Shown one piece after another: positions 56,362-64,000 of a stretch of 64,000 bases of DNA (its first letter is position 1; each line of letters opens with the position of its first letter). This stretch comes from an uncultured Gemmatimonadales bacterium (GTDB taxonomy: Bacteria > Gemmatimonadota > Gemmatimonadetes > Gemmatimonadales > GWC2-71-9). The notes beneath the pieces are model-generated. The model did no database searches and had not been told where the DNA came from. It saw only the letters and a list, made by a program, of their open reading frames with translations. The position numbers and the translations under genes are program-made. The stretch lies in contig CAWGED010000019.1 of assembly GCA_963821525.1 (NCBI GenBank), positions 128,001-192,000 of the forward strand, read 5' to 3'.

Positions 56362-56512
56362 GGTAGCTGTTAGCCGTCAGCCGTTAGCGGTTAGCGGTTA
56401 GCGGTTAGCGGTTAGCGATTAGCGACGTCAGAAGAAGCCGTAGGTCATAAGCTCAGAGCTCATGACCTACGGCTTTTGGCTAACAGCTGGTGGCTAACAG
56501 CTAACGGCTGAT
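56362..56512. repeat. Nine GTTAGCG-type heptamers, central hairpin, five inverted units
   Basis: Five exact GTTAGCG copies at 56383-56417; hairpin 56435-56475; (G/A)GCTAAC-type units 56478-56512. Confidence 0.85.
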
Positions 56513-56525
56513 CTCCGCCGCCTGC

Positions 56526-56888
56526 TCAAACCTCAAGCGGAACCGCTGGCGTCACCGCCGCCTCGTCGCGCTCGCCGGTTCGGATGCGATGCACCTGCTC
56601 GACGTCCAGGACGAACACCTTCCCATCTCCCACCTCTCCGGAGCGGGCGGAGCCGAGGATAGCGCGGGTGGTGATGTCCACGAAGGCATCGGATACTCCG
56701 ATCTCCAGTCGGACCTTCTCCTGCAGGCCCAATTTCACGGTGGTTCCCCGGTAATTCTCCACCCGCTCGGTCTCCCCGCCGTGTCCCATGACTCGGGACA
56801 CGGTCAGCCCGCGGACTTCGGCGCGGTAGAGCGCCTCAAGGACGCTGTTGAGACGATCGGGGCGGATGATGGCGATGATGAGCTTCAT
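56526..56888 (-). CDS. glnK: P-II nitrogen regulatory protein
   Basis: [11 protein letters not shown]-loop [21 protein letters not shown]; follows amt. Confidence 0.92.
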   Translation of the reverse strand: MKLIIAIIRPDRLNSVLEALYRAEVRGLTVSRVMGHGGETERVENYRGTTVKLGLQEKVRLEIGVSDAFVDITTRAILGSARSGEVGDGKVFVLDVEQVHRIRTGERDEAAVTPAVPLEV

Positions 56889-56904
56889 GGTTTGGCCTCG
56901 ATGG

Positions 56905-58229
56905 TCAGCGTGCTGCAGGCTGAGGAGTGAGTTTGGGAGCCGGCATGGGGACCTCGACTTCGGGCAGCACCAGAATGGAGCCTTCGCCGCTGCTGTAGGC
57001 CTCTTCCCCGTGCTGGGTCACGTCCAACCCGAGGCCCTCGAGAGGAGTCGCCACCCGGAGCGGAGCCACCAGGGCCAGGAACTTCAGAATGACAAAGGTC
57101 ATGATGCCGGCATAGGCCATGGACGCGAACGCCGCGATGGCCTGAATGCCCAGCTGGGCAGGATTGCCACCGAGCAGTCCGTCGGTTCCGCCCCAGGCCT
57201 TGAGCGCGAAGACGCCGGTGAGAAGCGCGCCGGTGAGGCCACCGATGCCATGGCCGGCAAACACGTCGAGCGAATCGTCGAGCCGGGTACGGGAACGGAG
57301 CACGATGGCGAAGTAGCTCGGGAATGCCGCGATCGCGCCGAGGGCCAGTGCGCCCAGCGGGCTCACGAATCCCGCGGCCGGCGTGATGGCCACGAGGCCG
57401 ACGACGATGCCGGTCGCGCCACCCACTGCGGTGGCATGGCCAGTCCGGAAGGAGTCGAGCGCCAACCCAGACCATCAAGGTGGCCATCGGCGCCAGGAAG
57501 GTGTTGATGAATGCGAGTGCAGCCGAGCCGTTGGCGGCGAGGGCGCTGCCCCCGTTGAACCCGAACCAGCCGAACCAGAGCAGGCCGGCGCCAAGTAGCG
57601 TGAAGGGCACGTTATGCGGAAGAATGGCCTGTCGGGCGTAGTCCTTCCGCGCACCGAGCACGCTCGCCGCGACAAGGGCCGAGATACCGGCGTTGATGTG
57701 CACGACGGTACCGCCGGCGAAGTCGAGGGTGCCCAGCTTGCCCAACCAGCCTCCGCCCCAGACCCAGTGCGCCACAGGACCGTAAACCATAAGTGTCCAG
57801 ATGCAGAGGAATGCCACGTAGGGACCGAACCGCATCCGCTCGACGATGGCTCCGGAGATCAGCGCCGCAGTGATGATCGCGAAGGTTCCCTGGATACGCC
57901 ATGAAGAGCACGTGCGGAATTGTCCCCTTCGGCTCGATGCCCACTCCATCCAGAAAGGCGTTCTGGAACGAGCCCAGGAATCCACTGCCCTCGGCGAAGG
58001 CCTCGCTGTACGCCACGAGAGCCCAGGTGATCCCGACGGCACCGAGGGCCACGAAGCTCATCATCATCGTGTTGAGCGAGTTCTTGGAACGGACCAGGCC
58101 ACCGTAGAAGAAGGCAAGCGCGGGTGTCATCAGCAGCACGAGCGCGGTGGACGTCAGCATCCAGGCCGTGTCGGCCGGAACGATGGTTGGCTGCGCATCC
58201 TGCACCATGGCAAGCAACGGGAGAGTCAT
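56905..58229 (-). CDS. amtB: Ammonium transporter (frame breaks)
   Basis: [47 protein letters not shown]. Confidence 0.95.
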
Positions 58230-58534
58230 GGCGGTGGGCCTCGAAGGGTGGCGAGAGGGTCGGTAACCGGGCGACTGCATAATTAATACGGTTCGAAGCA
58301 GGGCCGCGCAAGAGCCGTGATCACCTAATTATGCAGAAGTCGCAGAGTAACTTAGGCACTACTGCAAGTATACAGGCATTCTTGCATATTCTGCCTTTAA
58401 TTCCGTGCTAGAATTACAGAGTTCTCAGGTCATCATCACGTAAACGCCGGGCGACTTACCCGCCCTGTCCAAGTGGAGTAGTAGCTCGTATGTTTATGCG
58501 GTTGAGTACTTTAGCTCCACGCTCCCCCGGACCC

Positions 58535-60235
58535 ATGACCGAGACACCCGAACCCCAGAACCGCCGCTCCCGCCTGATCACCCAGGGCGTCCAACGGTCC
58601 CCCAACCGCGCCATGCTCCGGGCGGTGGGGTTTGGCGATGCCGACTTCGATAAGCCCATCGTCGGTATCGCCAACGGCTATAGCACGATTACTCCGTGCA
58701 ATGCCGGCTTGAATGTCCTGGCGGACAGGGCGGACGAGGCGGTCAGGGCAGCGGGCGGGATGCCGCAGATGTTCGGGACGGTCACTGTGTCCGATGGCAT
58801 CTCCATGGGCACCGAGGGCATGAAGTATTCCCTCGTCTCCCGTGAAGTCATCGCCGATGCGATCGAAACCGCCTGTGGCGCCGAATCGATGGATGGGGTC
58901 GTGTGCGTCGGCGGCTGCGACAAGAACATGCCGGGCGCCATGATCGCGATGGCCCGGATGAACATCCCGGGGATCTTCGTCTACGGTGGCACCATCAAGC
59001 CGGGACATCTCCACGGGCAGGATCTCACCGTCGTGAGCGCCTTCGAGGCGGTGGGTCAGCACAGCGCGGGAAAAATCGGAGACCAGGAGCTGCTCGACAT
59101 CGAGCGGCACGCCTGTCCCGGCAAGGGCTCGTGCGGCGGGATGTTCACCGCTAATACCATGTCGTCGATCTTCGAGGCGATGGGGATGAGCCTGCCCTTC
59201 TCCTCGACCATGGCGGCGGAAGACGGCGAAAAGGCGGAGAGTGCCGCGGAATCGGGTCGCGTCCTGGTCGAGGCGATCAAGGCCCAGCTGCTGCCCCGCC
59301 AGATCCTCACACGACAGGCGTTCGAGAACGGGATTGCCGTATGCATGGCGCTGGGCGGTTCGACCAACGCCGTCCTTCACCTGCTCGCCATCGCTCACGC
59401 GGCGGAAGTCCCGCTCTCGCTCGACGATTTCGAAACGATCCGGGCGAAAGTGCCGGTGCTGTGCGACCTCAAGCCCTCAGGCCGCTTCGTCGCGACCGAT
59501 CTGCACAAGGCGGGCGGCGTCCCCCAGGTGATGAAGATTCTTCTCGCCAACGGGGTGCTGCACGGCGGCGAGCGAACTATTACCGGGAAGACGGTCGCAG
59601 AGGTCCTGGCCAAGGTTCCCGCCGAACCTCGGGGCGATCAGCAGGTGATCCGCCCTTGGAACCGACCCATCTACCCGCAAGGCCACCTCGCAATTCTGCG
59701 CGGCAATCTCGCGGCCGAAGGCGCGGTCGCGAAAATCACCGGCGTCAAGCAGAGCAAACTGACCGGGCCCGCTCGGGTGTTTGAATCCGAAGAGGATTGT
59801 CTCGAAGCGATCCTCGCCGGTCACATCAAGGCCGGAGACGTTCTGGTGATCCGCTACGAAGGCCCGCGCGGCGGGCCGGGAATGCGAGAGATGCTGTCTC
59901 CTACCTCCGCCATCATCGGTGCGGGTCTGGGCGACTCGGTAGGGCTAATCACCGATGGACGATTCTCGGGCGGCACCTTCGGCATGGTGGTCGGACACGT
60001 GGCGCCAGAGGCGGCGATCGGTGGAACGATTGCCCTGGTCCAGGAAGGCGATTCGATCACCATCGATGCCGAACGGCGAATGCTCAGCCTGAACGTTCCG
60101 GAACCGGAAATCGCTCAACGAAGGAAGGCGTGGACTCCTCCAGCACCACGATACCGGAGAGGCGTCCTGGCCAAGTATGCCCGGCTGGTATCCAGCGCCA
60201 GCGTCGGCGCGGTGACGGACAAGCTGGAGACGTGA
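58535..60235 (+). CDS. ilvD: Dihydroxy-acid dehydratase
   Basis: [42 protein letters not shown]. Confidence 0.96.
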   Translation: MTETPEPQNRRSRLITQGVQRSPNRAMLRAVGFGDADFDKPIVGIANGYSTITPCNAGLNVLADRADEAVRAAGGMPQMFGTVTVSDGISMGTEGMKYSLVSREVIADAIETACGAESMDGVVCVGGCDKNMPGAMIAMARMNIPGIFVYGGTIKPGHLHGQDLTVVSAFEAVGQHSAGKIGDQELLDIERHACPGKGSCGGMFTANTMSSIFEAMGMSLPFSSTMAAEDGEKAESAAESGRVLVEAIKAQLLPRQILTRQAFENGIAVCMALGGSTNAVLHLLAIAHAAEVPLSLDDFETIRAKVPVLCDLKPSGRFVATDLHKAGGVPQVMKILLANGVLHGGERTITGKTVAEVLAKVPAEPRGDQQVIRPWNRPIYPQGHLAILRGNLAAEGAVAKITGVKQSKLTGPARVFESEEDCLEAILAGHIKAGDVLVIRYEGPRGGPGMREMLSPTSAIIGAGLGDSVGLITDGRFSGGTFGMVVGHVAPEAAIGGTIALVQEGDSITIDAERRMLSLNVPEPEIAQRRKAWTPPAPRYRRGVLAKYARLVSSASVGAVTDKLET

Positions 60236-60400
60236 GAGGTGAGACGTGAGAGGTGAGAGGTGAGAGCGCGCAGCGACGGTGGGACAAGGGGCGACAGGGA
60301 CAGCAAAGTATTGGGACAAATGACAACGGGGCATCCTCTCGGACGCCCCGCTGCTTTTTCCATGTCACGACCCAAGACTCACGACTATCGACTTCACGAC
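60232..60400. repeat. Heptamer arrays: 5x GTGAGA(G/C), GGGACA-like units, TCACGAC-like units
   Basis: Direct reading; arrays overlap both convergent stop codons. Confidence 0.8.
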
Positions 60401-60639
60401 CGAATCGGCAACATCACCGTAAACTTCAGCATCTGGTCCGGTAGGCTCGCCAAGTCTTCGTCCGTCAACTGTGGAGCCCGCTCGGCCACTGTACGCCGCA
60501 GCTCCTCCTCGTAGGGTCGCTGAATCTCCCGCGCGCACTCCTCGCAGAAATAGCCTTCGACGGTGCCGAACAGGCTCAGGAAGGCGGGACGACCGTCACG
60601 CTCGAGGGCTGGACGCTGGAAACATTGCTGGCACTTCAT
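60394..60639 (-). CDS. Small CxxC...CxxC protein (81 aa), putative zinc finger
   Basis: MKCQQC...FCEEC with GGAGG RBS. Confidence 0.65.
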   Translation of the reverse strand: MKCQQCFQRPALERDGRPAFLSLFGTVEGYFCEECAREIQRPYEEELRRTVAERAPQLTDEDLASLPDQMLKFTVMLPIRS

Positions 60640-60722
60640 TTCAGGACCTCCGGTATCGGTTGACGCTCCCGCGGAGGAGCGGCGCCGACATGACGAAGTC
60701 GGAGTCCTAAATGTTGCAGATT

Positions 60723-61796
60723 TCACCGCGCGGGTGTTTCGGCGAGCTCCAGGGCCTCCAGGATCCGGTCCCCCATCTGTCGAGTCGAAAGTGGTTTACG
60801 CCCCTTCGCCGCGATGTCCCGGGTCCTGGCCCCACCATCCAAGACCCGGGAGACCGCCGCCTCGACGCCCGCCCCCGCCTCATGAGCACCGCCCGAGTGC
60901 CGGAGCAGAAGGGCGCAGGAGAGAATGGCCCCGATCGGATTGGCGATGCCCTGCCCTGCGATATCTGGGGCCGAGCCGTGGATCGGCTCGTAGAGGCCGA
61001 CTCCGTCGCCCAAGGATGCCGAGGGGAGCATGCCGAGGGATCCGGTGAGGACCGCGGCCTCATCGCTCAGGATGTCGCCGAACATGTTTTCGGTGACCAG
61101 CACGTCGATTGAGGAGGGGTTACTCACGAGACGCATCGCGGCGAAATCCACGTACGCGTGCTCGAGCGAGACGTCCGGGTAGTCGTGGGAGATCTCGGTC
61201 ACGACCCGCCGCCAGAGCTGTGAGGTCTCCAGCACGTTGGCCTTGTCCACCGAGAGGACCTGGCGACGACGGAGTCGGGCCGCCTCGAACGCCAGACGAG
61301 CGATTCGCTCGATCTCGCTCCTGGTGTACCGCAGCGTGTTGATCGCTTTCTCCCCATCGAGACCCCTCGGCTCTCCATAATACAAGCCGCCGGTCAATTC
61401 CCTGACGATGAGAAGGTCGGTCCCTGCGAGGCGTTCCGGCTTGAGTGGCGAATGCACCGCCAAGGCCGGATGCACCGCGACGGGGCGGAGGTTGGCGTAC
61501 ACGCCGAGCAGCGCACGAAGGGCGAGCAGCCCGGTCTCGGGCTTGAGGTGGCGCGGAGCAGAATCGAGTGAAGGATCTCCTACCGCACCCAGGAGCACCG
61601 CATCGGCACGCGCGACCGCGTCGCGCGTCGTTCGCGGAAAGGGATCACCCTCGTCCTGAACGCCGGCAGCGCCGACCGGGTGGTGGGATGTGCTGACGTG
61701 AATCCCGAAGCGCTCCGCCGCGGCAGTCAGCACTCGCTCGGCCTCGGCTGTTACCTCGGGGCCGATCCCGTCACCCGGAAGGATCGCAACGTGCAC
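60723..61796 (-). CDS. leuB: 3-isopropylmalate dehydrogenase
   Basis: [44 protein letters not shown]. Confidence 0.95.
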   Translation of the reverse strand: MHVAILPGDGIGPEVTAEAERVLTAAAERFGIHVSTSHHPVGAAGVQDEGDPFPRTTRDAVARADAVLLGAVGDPSLDSAPRHLKPETGLLALRALLGVYANLRPVAVHPALAVHSPLKPERLAGTDLLIVRELTGGLYYGEPRGLDGEKAINTLRYTRSEIERIARLAFEAARLRRRQVLSVDKANVLETSQLWRRVVTEISHDYPDVSLEHAYVDFAAMRLVSNPSSIDVLVTENMFGDILSDEAAVLTGSLGMLPSASLGDGVGLYEPIHGSAPDIAGQGIANPIGAILSCALLLRHSGGAHEAGAGVEAAVSRVLDGGARTRDIAAKGRKPLSTRQMGDRILEALELAETPAR

Positions 61797-61800
61797 GACG

Positions 61801-62415
61801 TCAGCGTTCCAGGAGGTGGTGCAGTCGAACCCGACGCCGCTCGAACTCCAGGATCTCCGGCTCCAGCTTGAGCGTCCGGCCGATCTCGTCGAGTCCCTCG
61901 AGCAACGCCTCCCTCCGGTACTGGTCGAGGGTGAAGCCGGCGTTGAACCCTGTGTCGTCCCGCACACGCAGGCCGACCAGGTCCACCGTCAACTGGTAGG
62001 GACCCGGCGACGCTGCTTCACGACGGAACAACTCGGCCATCTCGTCGGGCTTGAGGATCACCGGCAGGATTCCATTCTGACAGCAATTGCTGAAGAAGAT
62101 GTCGGCGAAGCTTTCGCTCAGAATCGCCCGGAAGCCATACTCGCCCAGGGCCCAGGGCGCGTGCTCGCGCGAGGAACCGCAGCCGAAATTGGAGCCAGCA
62201 AGAAGAATGGTCGCTCCCGCGGCCTTGGGCCGGTTCAACTCGAAGTCGGGATTGGGGGATCCGTCGGACCGGTAGCGCCAGTCGAAGAACAAGGCCGGCC
62301 CGAACCCCGTCCGCTCAACCCGTTTCAGGAACTGCTTCGGGATGATCTGGTCGGTGTCGACATTGGCCCGCGGAATCGCGGCGACGGAACCGGTGTGGGT
62401 GGTGAAGGGAGTCAT
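61801..62415 (-). CDS. leuD: 3-isopropylmalate dehydratase small subunit
   Basis: NVDTDQIIP, NFGCGSSREHA, GLDEIG. Confidence 0.96.
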   Translation of the reverse strand: MTPFTTHTGSVAAIPRANVDTDQIIPKQFLKRVERTGFGPALFFDWRYRSDGSPNPDFELNRPKAAGATILLAGSNFGCGSSREHAPWALGEYGFRAILSESFADIFFSNCCQNGILPVILKPDEMAELFRREAASPGPYQLTVDLVGLRVRDDTGFNAGFTLDQYRREALLEGLDEIGRTLKLEPEILEFERRRVRLHHLLER

Positions 62416-62417
62416 GT

Positions 62418-62531
62418 GAATTGCAGATTGAAAATTTAAGATTGGCCTGGCGTTTCAGGTCGAAGATTTCTCATCGAAGATTGAGTCCCGACGATCGACC
62501 AATTCTCAATTTGAAATCTTCAATTCTCAAT
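62418..62531. repeat. Inverted AT-rich heptamer arrays between leuC and leuD
   Basis: gaattgcagattgaaaatttaagattg ... caattctcaatttgaaatcttcaattctcaat. Confidence 0.7.
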
Positions 62532-63957
62532 CGGCTCCCACCAGCTCCTCGACAACTTCCCATTTCCGCACATCCGTAATATGCCCGCTGATCGCGGCCG
62601 CGGCGGCCATGGCGGGGCTCATGAGGTGGGTGCGACCGCCGCTCCCCTGCCGCCCCTCAAAGTTTCGGTTCGAGGTGGCGGCGCAGCGCTCGCCGCTCGC
62701 AAGAATATCCGGGTTCATGCCGAGGCACATCGAGCATCCGGCGTTGCGCCATTCGAAGCCCGCGGCGGTGAAGATCCGATCGAGCCCTTCACGCTCTGCC
62801 TGGGCTTTCACCTGCATCGATCCCGGCACGACGAGGGCCCAAACGTGGGAGGCCACTCGGCGCCCTCTCACGATGCGGCTCGCTTCCCGGAGGTCTTCGA
62901 TCCTGGCATTGGTGCAGCTCCCGATGAACACGCGATCGATGCGGAGCCCATCGAGCGGAGTGCCGGGGTCCAGTCCCATGTAGGTAAGCGCCCGGGTGGC
63001 ATCGCGTCGAGCAGTATCGCTGGTGAGTTTTGAAGGATCGGGCACCGTCTCGGTCACTGAGGCCACCATTCCCGGATTGGTTCCCCAGGTGACTTGAGGA
63101 GCAACCTCGGAGGCATCGATCGTGACCCGAGTGTCGTATTGGGCCCCGGGATCGGTCGCGAGACTGCTCCAGTAATCGACTGCCCGACTCCAGGCGCGCC
63201 CACGCGGGGAGCGAGGGCGACTCATCAGATACATGAAGGTCGTTTCGTCCGGTCCGACGATGCCGGCTCGGGCACCCGCCTCGATGGACATGTTGCACAC
63301 GGTCATCCGGCCCTCCATCGAGAGGGCCCGGATCGCCTCGCCGGTGTACTCGATGACGTGGCCGGCCGCGCCACCGATTCCGATCTTTCCGATCAGGGTC
63401 AGGATGAGATCCTTGGCGCCGACGCCGAGTCCCGCTCTGCCGGTAAACCGGACCTCCATGGTCCGGGGCCGGATGACTCGGACAGTTTGGGTTGCCAGCA
63501 CATGCTCCACGTCCGTCGTTCCGATGCCGAATGCGAAGGCGCCGAAGGCGCCGTGCGTGGAAGTGTGGGAGTCTCCGCAGACGATCACTCGGCCCGGCTG
63601 GGTCAATCCCAACTCCGGCCCGATCACGTGGACAATCCCCTGGTGCGGCGAGTCGAGGCCGAACAGCTCGATGCCGAAATCGGTGGCGTTCCTGAGCAGC
63701 AACTCCACCTGGCGCCGCGATACTGAATCAGTAATCGGCAGTGCCCGATCCGTCGTGGGGACGTTATGATCGACCGTCGCGAGCGCGAGGTCAGGCCGAC
63801 GCACAGCCCGTCCCTCGCGCCGCAGGCCTTCGAATGCCTGGGGCGAGGTGACTTCGTGGACCAGGTGGAGATCCACGTACAACAAGGCCGGCCCGCCGTT
63901 TTCCTGATGGACGACGTGCGAACTCCACACCTTCTCGAAAAGCGTCCTCGGATTCAC
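62527..63957 (-). CDS. leuC: 3-isopropylmalate dehydratase large subunit
   Basis: [46 protein letters not shown]. Confidence 0.97.
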   Translation of the reverse strand: MNPRTLFEKVWSSHVVHQENGGPALLYVDLHLVHEVTSPQAFEGLRREGRAVRRPDLALATVDHNVPTTDRALPITDSVSRRQVELLLRNATDFGIELFGLDSPHQGIVHVIGPELGLTQPGRVIVCGDSHTSTHGAFGAFAFGIGTTDVEHVLATQTVRVIRPRTMEVRFTGRAGLGVGAKDLILTLIGKIGIGGAAGHVIEYTGEAIRALSMEGRMTVCNMSIEAGARAGIVGPDETTFMYLMSRPRSPRGRAWSRAVDYWSSLATDPGAQYDTRVTIDASEVAPQVTWGTNPGMVASVTETVPDPSKLTSDTARRDATRALTYMGLDPGTPLDGLRIDRVFIGSCTNARIEDLREASRIVRGRRVASHVWALVVPGSMQVKAQAEREGLDRIFTAAGFEWRNAGCSMCLGMNPDILASGERCAATSNRNFEGRQGSGGRTHLMSPAMAAAAAISGHITDVRKWEVVEELVGAD

Positions 63958-63960
63958 GGT

Positions 63961-63995
63961 CAGTACCGAGCACCGAGTACCGCGTAGCGAGCAGT
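63961..63995. repeat. Heptamer array (GAG(T/C)ACC-like) upstream of leuC
   Basis: cagtaccgagcaccgagtaccgcgtagc. Confidence 0.55.
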
Positions 63996-64000
63996 TGACC

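Noticed and set aside
56362..56512. Repeat arrays as CRISPR
   Set aside because: Units are 7 bp and contiguous, with no spacers and no cas genes

Overview
High-GC bacterial chromosomal segment, probably Gemmatimonadota (inferred from gene repertoire, not from a marker gene). Many conserved genes carry 1-2 nt frame breaks, which look like long-read assembly errors rather than pseudogenes. Left to right: APC permease fragment; tonB-exbB-exbD-exbD-tonB; a two-kinase/one-regulator signalling cluster; aldehyde dehydrogenase, peroxiredoxin and SOD; a two-component system with an exported four-domain rhodanese; tRNA-Ala(TGC); Ser/Thr kinase, DUF4136 and PP2C; a stand-alone soxY-soxZ-MBL-rhodanese operon; arsR-arsM-arsN2-arsC-aquaporin; an M6 protease with a coupled lipoprotein; a four-gene sphingolipid-type operon (spt, bCerS-like GNAT, CerR-like reductase, IPC-synthase-like PAP2); a blue-copper lipoprotein; ECF sigma/anti-sigma; alternative complex III (actABCDEF); trmJ-like, pilT and dinB; glnA and amtB-glnK; ilvD; leuCDB. 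No integrase, transposase or CRISPR array was seen. Best leads: (1) the ceramide/phosphosphingolipid operon; (2) the periplasmic SoxYZ/rhodanese relay without SoxAXB next to the ars cluster; (3) about ten sequence-diverse heptamer tandem arrays at gene junctions, plus a 9-mer palindrome inside a signal peptide; (4) candidate cis-elements: a structured sRNA, a glnA leader terminator, and shared operators.
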